A stretch of 24,000 nucleotides of DNA from Streptomyces tailanensis. Its GTDB lineage: Bacteria > Actinomycetota > Actinomycetes > Streptomycetales > Streptomycetaceae. A program made the translations under genes and the position numbers. The first letter of the stretch is position 1; each line of letters begins with the position of its first letter. A model generated the notes under the pieces. That model ran no database searches. It worked only from the letters and a program-made list of their open reading frames with translations, and was not told where the DNA came from. Where the stretch lies: assembly GCF_008386495.1 (NCBI RefSeq), contig NZ_VTHJ01000010.1, positions 127,905 through 151,904 of the forward strand. Reading direction: 5' to 3'. Positions 1 to 7,872 of the stretch are shown here, piece by piece.

Positions 1-39
1 TGCCCGGGGCCGGTGGTGGCGGGCATGCTGAAGGGGTGA
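1..39 (+). CDS. 3' end of an upstream CDS (partial, 12 codons plus stop)
   Basis: The frame is open from the window edge and all 12 codons end in G or C. The TGA at 37-39 overlaps the GTG start at 36 of the next gene (GTGA coupling). Confidence 0.35.
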   Translation, partial: CPGPVVAGMLKG

Positions 40-545
40 GTGAAGACGAGTTCCGGGCGGCCATGTCGCGGCTGGCCTCGGGGGTGGTCCTGGTGACCGC
101 GTACGAGGCGCCGCTGGATCCCGAGGGGCCGCGCGGCGAGGACGCGGGCATGACGGCCACGTCCTTCATGTCCGTGTCCCTCGACCCGCCCCTCGTGATG
201 GTCAGCCTCCGCGAGGGCTCCCGTATGGACGACCTCCTCGCCGAGCAGCCCTTCTGGGCCGTCTCCCTCCTCTCCGAGAACCAGCGCACCATCGCCGGCC
301 GCTTCGCCATGAAGGGCCGCGTCAGCGACCGCCTGCTCTTCGCGGACATCCCGTACGTCCGCGGCGAGGCCACCGGCGCCCCCCTGATCAGCGACGCCCT
401 CGCCACCCTCGAATGCCGCACCGAGCAACGCGTGACCGCCGGCGACCACACCCTCGTCATCGGCCGCGTGCTGAACGCGTCGGTGCCGGGTGCGGACGCG
501 GGGCCGTTGGCCTACTTCCGGGGGCGGTACCGGCAGTTGGGGTGA
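36..545 (+). CDS. Flavin reductase-like domain protein (HpaC / NAD(P)H:flavin oxidoreductase family)
   Basis: 169 aa with a GTG start preceded by GAAGGGG. The N-terminal FRAAMSRLASGVVLVT, the MTATSFMSVSLDPPLVMVSL core and HTLVIGRV near the C-terminus are typical of the flavin reductase fold. Confidence 0.8.
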   Translation: MSEDEFRAAMSRLASGVVLVTAYEAPLDPEGPRGEDAGMTATSFMSVSLDPPLVMVSLREGSRMDDLLAEQPFWAVSLLSENQRTIAGRFAMKGRVSDRLLFADIPYVRGEATGAPLISDALATLECRTEQRVTAGDHTLVIGRVLNASVPGADAGPLAYFRGRYRQLG

Positions 546-614
546 GGGCGACTTCTGGGTCGTAGGCACCAATTGGCAGATTCGTCTCGGCGGCGGGCCC
601 TAAAACAAGCCGTA

Positions 615-638
615 TCCAGGCGTTTTGCAGCGCCTGGA
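615..638 (-). terminator. 8-bp hairpin between convergent genes, possibly the terminator of the sigma factor gene
   Basis: tccaggcg-ttttgcag-cgcctgga forms the stem-loop. On the minus strand it is followed by TACGGCTTGTTTTA, so the T-run is not directly adjacent. It is nested inside a 9-bp inverted repeat (571-579 / 659-667). Confidence 0.3.
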
Positions 639-684
639 GGCGTATCCCTGGGACTGAGCTGCCAATTACTGAGCCCCGTGGCCC

Positions 685-1653
685 TTACGCCCCCAACAGC
701 GCCATATCGAGCGCGGCCAACCGATCCTCCTCGGCCACCACATCGATCGCCGCGACCCGCCCCTCCGCGACCGCGAACGACAGCACCCGCTCGACCCGCC
801 CGTCCCGGACGACGACAAGCCCCGCCGCCCCGTTGACGAGCGCCCGCCGGACGAACTGCCCGAGGCGGGCGTACATCGCGGCCCGCGAGGCGACCGCCGT
901 CGCGCCCCGGGTCACCCCGGCGGCGGACCGCACCACCACGTCCGGCGCCAGTACGGCCACCAGCGCCTCGAAGTCCCCGTCCCGCGCCGCCCCGAGGAAC
1001 GCCTCGACGACCTCCCACTGCCGCTCGACGTCGGCCTCGACCACCGGCGCCCCGCCCCGCACCCGCCGCCGCGCACGGCTGGCGAGCTGGCGCGCGGCAG
1101 CAGGCGTACGGCCCACGAGGGGCGCGATGTCGTCGAAGGGGACGCCGAAGAGGTCGTGCAGCACGAAGGCGAGCCGCTCGGCGGGCCCCAGGGTCTCCAG
1201 TACGACGAGCAGGGCGAGCCCGACGGAATCGGCCAGCAACGCCTCCTGCTCGGGGTCCATCCCGCTGACGGGACTCACGACGGGCTCGGGCATCCGCAGC
1301 CCACCGTCGCCCAAGCCGGCCGAACCATCCGGCCCGGCCAGCGGCTCCTCGGCACGCGACCGCCGGGACCGCAGCATGTCGAGGCAGACCCGCCCGACGA
1401 CGGTGGTGAGCCAGCCGGCGAGGTTGTCGATGTCACCCGAGCCCGCCCGGCTCAGCTTCAGCCACGCCTCCTGCACGGCGTCGTCCGCCTCCGCGAGCGA
1501 CCCCAGCATGCGATAGGCGACGGCCCGCAGACGGGGCCGGTGCGACTCGAACCGCCGAGCGAGAAATTCACTGTCGCGCACGTCGCGTACGTCGCTCGCA
1601 TCGCGCACGTCGCTCGTCGTGCCGCTCATCCGGTCACTCGCCCGGTCACTCAT
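685..1653 (-). CDS. ECF-type sigma-70 family RNA polymerase sigma factor with a C-terminal SnoaL/NTF2-like extension (SigJ / ECF41-like)
   Basis: Region 2 reads RLRAVAYRMLGSLAEADDAVQEAWLKL. Region 4 HTH reads ERLAFVLHDLFGVPFDDIAPLVGRTPAAARQLASRARRRV. About 110 further residues follow (WEVVEAFLGAARDGDFEALVAVLAPDVVV...). GAGGAG lies 9 nt upstream of the ATG at 1653; the alternative start is 1629. Confidence 0.85.
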   Translation of the reverse strand: MSDRASDRMSGTTSDVRDASDVRDVRDSEFLARRFESHRPRLRAVAYRMLGSLAEADDAVQEAWLKLSRAGSGDIDNLAGWLTTVVGRVCLDMLRSRRSRAEEPLAGPDGSAGLGDGGLRMPEPVVSPVSGMDPEQEALLADSVGLALLVVLETLGPAERLAFVLHDLFGVPFDDIAPLVGRTPAAARQLASRARRRVRGGAPVVEADVERQWEVVEAFLGAARDGDFEALVAVLAPDVVVRSAAGVTRGATAVASRAAMYARLGQFVRRALVNGAAGLVVVRDGRVERVLSFAVAEGRVAAIDVVAEEDRLAALDMALLGA

Positions 1654-1747
1654 GGGTGGCCACTCCTCGTCGTCATGCTCCGTAGTCGCTCTCTACGGAC
1701 CTGACGAATCCCACCCCACCGATGTAACAGCCCCACGGCCGCCCTCA

Positions 1748-2176
1748 TCAGCCCCAGTCGCGCCCCGACCGCCCCCGCTTGGTGTCGGACCGCTGCTTCT
1801 TCTCCCGCAGCCGCCGCTCGTTGATCCCCCTCGGGATACGGGTCGGCCGACGCGGCTTGGGCGGCGGGGCCGTGGCCTCGGCGAGAAGGGCGGCGAGACG
1901 TACGGCGGCGGTCTCCCGGTTTCGCCACTGCGAACGGTGCTCGGAGGCCCGTACGCTGACGACGCCGTCGACGAGCCGCGAGGCGAGCCGCTCCAGGGCC
2001 CGCCGCTTCCACACCTCGGGAAGTGCCTCGGTGTTCGCCAGGTCGAACCGCAGCTCGACCTGCGAGTCACTGGTATTGACGTGCTGTCCGCCGGGACCGG
2101 AGGACCGGGAGAAACGCCACATGAGCTCGGCCTCGGGAAGCGAGACGGAGCCGCGGATGACGTAGGGACCGGACAT
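1748..2176 (-). CDS. arfB: Alternative ribosome-rescue factor ArfB (class I release-factor-like peptidyl-tRNA hydrolase)
   Basis: It has the GGQ motif in SSGPGGQHVNTSDSQVELRFD and a basic C-terminal tail (KPRRPTRIPRGINERRLREKKQRSDTKRGR). The start was trimmed to MSGPYVIRG (ATG at 2176); the longer ORF to 2317 has no homologous-looking N-terminus. Confidence 0.85.
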   Translation of the reverse strand: MSGPYVIRGSVSLPEAELMWRFSRSSGPGGQHVNTSDSQVELRFDLANTEALPEVWKRRALERLASRLVDGVVSVRASEHRSQWRNRETAAVRLAALLAEATAPPPKPRRPTRIPRGINERRLREKKQRSDTKRGRSGRDWG

Positions 2177-2383
2177 GCCGTCCATGTTCCCGTCCCCGTC
2201 GGCTCGCGTCACCCCAATATTCCTTGCCGTCCCTGCCATCCTTGCCCCGATATTCCTTCCGGGTGCCGGTAGGCAAAGAAAGCAAAGACACTGGGCGACA
2301 TCTGGAACCTTCACCACCCCTCACGGCGTTCATTGGGGTAGCTGTAGGTTCGCCAGTACACAACGAGGGAAGGACTCCCAACC

Positions 2384-2959
2384 ATGGCTGTAAGCCTGTC
2401 CAAGGGTGGCAACGTCTCGCTCACCAAGGAGGCTCCGGGCCTGACCGCCGTCACCGTGGGCCTCGGCTGGGACGTCCGCACCACCACCGGCACGGACTTC
2501 GACCTCGACGCCTCCGCGATCGCGGTCAACACGCAGGGCAAGGTCTACTCGGACGGCCACTTCGTCTTCTTCAACAACAAGCAGACCCCGGACCAGACCA
2601 TCGTCCACACCGGTGACAACCGCACGGGTGAGGGCGCGGGCGACGACGAGGCGATCAACGTCAACCTGGCGGGCCTCCCCGCCGACGTCGACAAGATCGT
2701 CTTCCCGGTCTCCATCTACGACGCCGAGAACCGCTCGCAGAACTTCGGCCAGGTCCGCAACGCCTACATCCGCATCCTCAACCAGGCCGGCGGCGCCGAG
2801 ATCGCCCGCTACGACCTCTCCGAGGACGCCGCGACCGAAACCGCCATGGTCTTCGGCGAGCTCTACCGCAACGGCGCCGAGTGGAAGTTCCGCGCGGTCG
2901 GCCAGGGCTACGCCTCCGGCCTCGTCGGCATCGCCCAGGACTTCGGCGTCAACGTCTGA
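2384..2959 (+). CDS. terD: TerD-family stress / tellurium resistance protein
   Basis: 191 aa: [71 protein letters not shown]. This is the canonical TerD domain with its Ca-binding acidic motifs. GAGGGAAGGA lies upstream as RBS. Confidence 0.95.
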   Translation: MAVSLSKGGNVSLTKEAPGLTAVTVGLGWDVRTTTGTDFDLDASAIAVNTQGKVYSDGHFVFFNNKQTPDQTIVHTGDNRTGEGAGDDEAINVNLAGLPADVDKIVFPVSIYDAENRSQNFGQVRNAYIRILNQAGGAEIARYDLSEDAATETAMVFGELYRNGAEWKFRAVGQGYASGLVGIAQDFGVNV

Positions 2960-2998
2960 CAGCCCCAACGTCCGACAGCCTTAACGTCTGACGGCCCC
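2951..2998 (+). repeat. Three tandem 16-bp repeats beginning inside the last codons of terD
   Basis: The units are aacgtctgacagcccc / aacgtccgacagcctt / aacgtctgacggcccc. Unit 1 contains the terD stop codon (TGA 2957-2959). Confidence 0.9.
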
Positions 2999-3040
2999 GA
3001 AGGCCCCGGCGCGGCACCCACCGCCGCGCCGGGGCCTTCG
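2998..3040. terminator. Bidirectional stem-loop terminator between convergent terD and the TolB-like gene
   Basis: A perfect 17-bp stem, cgaaggccccggcgcgg (2998-3014) / ccgcgccggggccttcg (3024-3040), encloses a 9-nt loop. Confidence 0.7.
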
Positions 3041-3068
3041 CCCGTGGTTCAGCACGGAGTCCCGTGGC

Positions 3069-4325
3069 TCAGCGCAGGGTCCGGACGAACACGTCGCCGA
3101 TCAGGTTCGTGTCCTCGGGTACGTGGCCGGGGTAGTAGGAGTCGAACACGACCGTCGACTCGTCCGCGCTCAGCGCCGCCCGCCCCGCGGTGAGCGGCCG
3201 GCCGTCCGCTCCCGGTGACAGCAGTTCCTCCTCGCCGGTGCGCAGATCACGCAGGATCAGCCCCAGCGACGTACGGTTCGCGTCCGCCGTGTTCAGGAGC
3301 AGCTTCGAGCCGTTCCACGACAGGTCCGACAGCAGGGTGAGATCGGTGGGGTCGTGGCCGTCGTACCGCCGGAGCTCGCCCGTGCGCAGGTCGCGGACGA
3401 AGGCGTTCACGGAGGTGTTGGGGTCGTCGCCGGGGACCAGGTCGGTGGCCGACGAGTTGAAACCGACCTTGGAGCCGTCGGCGCTCAGCACCGGACCGAC
3501 CGCCGCAGTGTCGGCCGGCGCGCCGTGATGGGTGGCGTCGGCGTGTACGGTCCGCCCGCTCACCCGGTCGTACACCAGGATGTCGCCCTGGTCGCCGGTG
3601 GCCGGCCCGGAGTAGCCCTCCAGATAGGCGACCTTGCGGCCGTCGGCGCTCATCGAGATCTGCGTGCACCGGTGGAAGTTCTTCGAGCCGTCGGCGGGCC
3701 GGCTGACCCGCTGGACCCGCTGCGTCCGGCGGTCCAGCAGCATGACCCGGCAGGCGAACGCGCCGTTCGGGTCGACGGTGGGCCGGGCGACGAAGGCCAC
3801 GTACCGCCCGTTCGCGCTGATCGGGGCGACGCCGTACGACACCTGATAGCCCTCGTTGCCCTCGCCCATCGCGGGAGCCAGGCGTTCGACGCTCCCGGTG
3901 CGCAGGTCCATGACATGCTTGGAGCTCTTCTGGGTCGTCGCCGAGAACGAGGTGAAGGTCAGGTACCGCCCCGACTCGGACAGCTGGGGCGACGACGTCG
4001 TCTCCCCCGGCACCACCACGCGCTGCAGAGGCGCGCCGGGAGCCGTCCGGTAGAAGACGCCGTCGCGCACATCCGTGCCCGGGACCAGGTTGGTCGCCGA
4101 CGATATGAAGGCCACGACGCGCCCGTCCGCGCTGACCACCGGTTCCCCCGAGTGCCCGTTACCGCCGGTGCCGTCGGGGGCCACGCTGATCCGCTCGGTG
4201 CGCGGGGCGACGCTCGGCACCTCGTCGCCGCTCGCCGCCTCCGCGGGCCCGGTGAGACAGATGACGACGGCCAGCAGAACGGCGGCGTTCACGGAGATAC
4301 GTGAGATGCGTAAGGAAGGTCTCAT
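3069..4325 (-). CDS. Secreted TolB-like / PD40 (WD40-like) beta-propeller repeat protein
   Basis: 418 aa with an N-terminal signal peptide (AVLLAVVICLTGPAEAAS). Repeated S(A/L)DG..VAF.S.ATNLVPGD blocks are characteristic of PD40 repeats. AAGGGGGAG RBS precedes the ATG at 4325. Confidence 0.75.
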   Translation of the reverse strand: MRPSLRISRISVNAAVLLAVVICLTGPAEAASGDEVPSVAPRTERISVAPDGTGGNGHSGEPVVSADGRVVAFISSATNLVPGTDVRDGVFYRTAPGAPLQRVVVPGETTSSPQLSESGRYLTFTSFSATTQKSSKHVMDLRTGSVERLAPAMGEGNEGYQVSYGVAPISANGRYVAFVARPTVDPNGAFACRVMLLDRRTQRVQRVSRPADGSKNFHRCTQISMSADGRKVAYLEGYSGPATGDQGDILVYDRVSGRTVHADATHHGAPADTAAVGPVLSADGSKVGFNSSATDLVPGDDPNTSVNAFVRDLRTGELRRYDGHDPTDLTLLSDLSWNGSKLLLNTADANRTSLGLILRDLRTGEEELLSPGADGRPLTAGRAALSADESTVVFDSYYPGHVPEDTNLIGDVFVRTLR

Positions 4326-4445
4326 CAGTGGCTCCCCCTTCGGCCGGGGACGACCACGCCCGCCCCCTCCACCCCGTGCCCCCGGCCCGGCGCAGAGGAC
4401 CCACGAGGATGCGTGCGATGAAAGCGCGCCACCGGCGAGGGGTCA

Positions 4446-5027
4446 ATGCATGCGTACGCGGTCGATAGCGTGCGGGTCATGTTGTTACTCGAACGTCTCC
4501 GCGCCGCGTCCGAGGACGGGACCGGGCCCGGTCGCGTCCCCAGTACCGTCCCCGGTCCGCTTCTGGCCGAGATCACCGCCCTGTACGCCTCCAACCGCGC
4601 CTTCTTCTCCCTCAGCGGTGACTTTCCGGACGCGGACGACATCCGTCCCGAGCAGGTGGGGGCGGCGCTGGCGGTGGAGTTGGCGAACCCGGATGTGGAG
4701 GTGATGCTGGGGCGGAGGCACGGTGACGGGCGGCTCGCCGGGGTGGCGATCACGCTCGCCCGGCATCCCGATCCGGCCGACCCGGACCCGTGGATCGGGC
4801 TGCTGGTCGTGGCTGCGGGTGCGCAACGGCGGGGATACGGGCGGGAGTTGGCCTCACGTGTCGAGGATCGGTTCCGGCAGGCCGGCCGTACCGCCGTACG
4901 ACTCGCCGTCCTCGACAACAACCCGAACGGCCTCGCCTTCTGGACATCCCTCGGCTACGAGGTCATCGCCCGCCGCCCGGATCGGCAACTGGGCCGCCCG
5001 TGCTCCGTGTTGCGCAGGCCCCTGTGA
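4446..5027 (+). CDS. GNAT family N-acetyltransferase
   Basis: The acetyl-CoA binding motif LLVVAAGAQRRGYGRELASRV is followed by AVLDNNPNGLAFWTSLGYEV. The start is uncertain; the alternative is ATG 4479 (MLLLERL). Confidence 0.75.
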   Translation: MHAYAVDSVRVMLLLERLRAASEDGTGPGRVPSTVPGPLLAEITALYASNRAFFSLSGDFPDADDIRPEQVGAALAVELANPDVEVMLGRRHGDGRLAGVAITLARHPDPADPDPWIGLLVVAAGAQRRGYGRELASRVEDRFRQAGRTAVRLAVLDNNPNGLAFWTSLGYEVIARRPDRQLGRPCSVLRRPL

Positions 5028-5039
5028 GGAGACGAGGCA

Positions 5040-6545
5040 TCAGGCCTTCGGCGGCTTTCCCTCCCCGTACAGCCACTCCTTCCAGATAGGGGCCAGGTCC
5101 GCGTCCGGGCTCGTCCTCCTCGCGAACTTCTCGGCGTACGCGGTGAAGTCGGCCGTGTTCGCGTTGCCGTGGCGGTGGGTGGTGGCCCAGTTCCGGAGGA
5201 GGTCGAAGAAGGGGGCGTCGCCGATCGCCTGGCGGATCTTGTGGAGGACCATGGCGCCCCGCTCGTAGACCGGGGGGTCGGAGATGCGGTCGGCGCTCGG
5301 CGGGTTCGCGGGCGGGAAGGCCCAGACGGCCTCGTTCGAGGCGGCGTCCGCGTGGTGGCGGCCCTCGTAGACCGCGTCGAAGATCTCCTGGGCCGTGTCG
5401 CCGCCGTGATCCTCCTGCCACAGCCACTCGGCGTATGTGGCGAAGCCCTCGTTGAGCCACATGTCCCGCCAGGTCTTCGGGGTGACGGAGTCGCCGTACC
5501 ACTGGTGGGCCAGCTCGTGGACGAGGAGCCCGAGGTCGGGGGCGCCGGGGAAGACGGGGCGGTTCTGGGTCTCCAGGGCGTACCCGGCGGCACCCGGATG
5601 GTCGACGATCGCGCCGGTGGAAGAGAAGGGGTACGGCCCGAATCTGCCCTCCGCCCACTTCATGATCTCCGGAATCCGGTCGAGCACTGCTCGGCTGTCC
5701 TTGACCTGGGCCGGGTCCACGGCGACGTACACCGGCAGTTTCCCGGCTGCGGTGCGGCGAATCTCGTACGTGCCGATCGCGACCGTCACCACATAGCTCG
5801 CCATGGGGTCGGTGGAGCGCCAGGCGTAGGTGGTACGGCCGTCCTTCGCCGACTCGTCCCTCAACTCCCCGTTGGACACGGCGCGCAGGCCCTTGGGGAC
5901 GGTGACCGTGATGTCGTACGTCGCCTTGTCGGAGGGGTGGTGGTTGCCGGGGAACCAGGTCATCGAGCCGGTCGGTTCGCCGAGCGCGAGCGCGCCGTCC
6001 GTCGTCGGCAGCCAGCCCTCCTGGGAGCCGTCCGGGTCGGTGATGATCCTGGGAGTGCCGGAATAGCGGACGGTCGTGCGGAACGTCTCCCCTTCGCCCA
6101 CCCCGGCCTTGGGGCGGACGGTCAGCTCCTGCCCCGCCCGCTTCCAGCGCGCCGCCTCGCCCCCGACGGTGACCGACTCGACGTCCAGCCCCTTCAGGTC
6201 GAGGTTGAACGCGCTGAGGTTCTGCGTGGCTCGGGCGGTGATGACCGCCGTGCCCGCGAGGTGGTGGCCGGGGTCGGAGTTCCGCTCCAGGTCGACGTCG
6301 AGGGTGAGGGCGTAGTGGGTGACGTCGTAGCCGCCGTTGCCCATCTTCGGGAAGTACGGGTCCCGCAGGCCGGCGGCGCCGGGGGTGCCGGTGCCCTGGG
6401 GGCTCCGTGCGGTGTCGTCGTCGGTGCACGCCGAGAGGGTCAGGGCCAGGCTGAGGGCGACTACGGCGGCGGAGCGCAAACGTACGGATCGGAACACGTC
6501 GGAGAGCCTATGGGGACATGACACCATCACGTACGTGCTCGACAT
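5040..6545 (-). CDS. M1 family zinc metallopeptidase (aminopeptidase N-like), probable lipoprotein
   Basis: HELAHQWYGD (HEXXH) is followed by WLNEGFATYAEW (the distal Glu ligand). YALETQ sits at the GAMEN position. The signal peptide carries the lipobox LTLSAC. Confidence 0.9.
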   Translation of the reverse strand: MSSTYVMVSCPHRLSDVFRSVRLRSAAVVALSLALTLSACTDDDTARSPQGTGTPGAAGLRDPYFPKMGNGGYDVTHYALTLDVDLERNSDPGHHLAGTAVITARATQNLSAFNLDLKGLDVESVTVGGEAARWKRAGQELTVRPKAGVGEGETFRTTVRYSGTPRIITDPDGSQEGWLPTTDGALALGEPTGSMTWFPGNHHPSDKATYDITVTVPKGLRAVSNGELRDESAKDGRTTYAWRSTDPMASYVVTVAIGTYEIRRTAAGKLPVYVAVDPAQVKDSRAVLDRIPEIMKWAEGRFGPYPFSSTGAIVDHPGAAGYALETQNRPVFPGAPDLGLLVHELAHQWYGDSVTPKTWRDMWLNEGFATYAEWLWQEDHGGDTAQEIFDAVYEGRHHADAASNEAVWAFPPANPPSADRISDPPVYERGAMVLHKIRQAIGDAPFFDLLRNWATTHRHGNANTADFTAYAEKFARRTSPDADLAPIWKEWLYGEGKPPKA

Positions 6546-7035
6546 CGGCTACGCCCTCTCCAACCGCTTCCCCGATCCCCCGCAGACGGACTACCGCCGG
6601 GCGGATGTGTACGCGTTGCGGCACGACCTGTTCTGCGGTGACGTGTACCTCGCCGACACCAAGGCGGACCGGGAGTTGTCCACAGCCTGGGGATGGGTGC
6701 CGGTGCTGGACTTCGCGTGGGCGCTGTGCGACATCGTGGAGCGGCTGGACCGGGATCCGGCGGGCTCCCGTGCCGCTCGGCCGCAGCGGGCGGAGCTGGA
6801 CTTCACCGAGTCGACCGATCGCATGCTCTTCGAGCGGCGTTTCGGGTGGGTGGATGTCGAGGCGGACTGGATGCCGGCGGAGGAGCGGCCGCTGACCTTC
6901 TCCCACGTGGAGCTGCGGCGCGAGGCCCGGGACTTCTTGCATGACCTGATCGCCGACCTGTGCGATCTGCACGACGACCTCGGGGAGAACCCGGCGATCT
7001 GGACCCTCCAGTCCCGCTTCCCCCGGGTGCCCTAG
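6535..7035 (+). CDS. Hypothetical protein (no family recognised)
   Basis: The frame has a strong G/C third-position bias through to the stop at 7035. The ORF-track start (6337) lies inside the opposite-strand peptidase gene, so the start was provisionally moved to the GTG at 6535. Alternatives are GTG 6607 and TTG 6616. Confidence 0.5.
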   Translation: MLDIGYALSNRFPDPPQTDYRRADVYALRHDLFCGDVYLADTKADRELSTAWGWVPVLDFAWALCDIVERLDRDPAGSRAARPQRAELDFTESTDRMLFERRFGWVDVEADWMPAEERPLTFSHVELRREARDFLHDLIADLCDLHDDLGENPAIWTLQSRFPRVP

Positions 7036-7056
7036 GGATTCTCGCCCCGCCGCCCG

Positions 7057-7725
7057 TCACCCCTCCACCCGAATCCCCATCTCCCCCGCCAACACCGGTG
7101 CCAGATCCATCAGTTGAGCCGAACTGATCACAGCCCCCGACAACCGCTCCACCCCCCGTGCGATCTCCACCGACACGGCCCCACGCAGGTCGACGTCCCT
7201 CAACGTCACCCCGCTCAGATCCACCCCCTTCAACGCGCACCCCACAAACTCGACCCGCTCCAACCTCGCACCCCCGAAGTCCGGCTCGACAAGAACGCAG
7301 TCCTCGAAGACGACGTCCTTGAGCCGGGCCTCGCGGAGATTGAGGTAGTCGATCTTGCCGCCACGGACGAGCACCCGCTCCAGCACGGCCCCGTGCAGCT
7401 GAACACCACCGAGTCGCGCGTCCACGAGCTCCACATCACGGAGGGTCGCCTCGGAGAGGTCCGTGCCGACGCCCCGTATACCGGTGAGGACGGAATCAAG
7501 CAGCCGGGCACGGTGCAGCCGAGTCTCATCCAGCGCGCAACCCATCACCGCACAGTCCATGAACCGGGCACCCCCACCGTCCTGCCCTCCGAAGTCCTCC
7601 TCCCGGAACTCCAACCCGTCATAGTCCCCGTCCGGCTCCAGCCCCCCATCGCCGTACGCCTCCAGCTCCGGCAACCGCACCTCCGGCCGCCGCGCCCTCT
7701 TCACCACCGACCTCGCCCTCACCAT
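7057..7725 (-). CDS. Pentapeptide repeat-containing protein
   Basis: There are long runs of A(D/N)LXX-type pentapeptides (DLSEATLRDVELVDARLGGVQLHGAVLERV...ARLERVEFVGCALKGVDLSGVTLRDVDLRGA). The start was trimmed to ATG 7725 (MVRARSVVKR). Confidence 0.8.
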   Translation of the reverse strand: MVRARSVVKRARRPEVRLPELEAYGDGGLEPDGDYDGLEFREEDFGGQDGGGARFMDCAVMGCALDETRLHRARLLDSVLTGIRGVGTDLSEATLRDVELVDARLGGVQLHGAVLERVLVRGGKIDYLNLREARLKDVVFEDCVLVEPDFGGARLERVEFVGCALKGVDLSGVTLRDVDLRGAVSVEIARGVERLSGAVISSAQLMDLAPVLAGEMGIRVEG

Positions 7726-7872
7726 GCCCCCATCCTGCACCCCACCACCGACAATCCCACTGACCTGCACAAACTCCGCCACAGCCGCCCCAATGTCACA
7801 TTCCGGCGCCCTCAATCAGTCCTATGCACAGACAGGCAGACAAGCGACACCCGGCCCGAGGGAGCCCCACCC

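Noticed and set aside
4963-6521. Long alternative-frame and antisense ORFs over the M1 peptidase gene (4963-6429 minus, 4955-5593 minus, 5169-6521 plus).
   Set aside because: Only the 5040-6545 frame has the HEXXH...E zinc site, a signal peptide and a lipobox. The others are low-complexity.
7114-7872. The N-terminal 253 codons of the 685-aa ORF that contains the FAD oxidoreductase.
   Set aside because: This part is antisense to the pentapeptide-repeat gene and lacks oxidoreductase homology. The Rossmann motif follows the ATG at 7873 directly.
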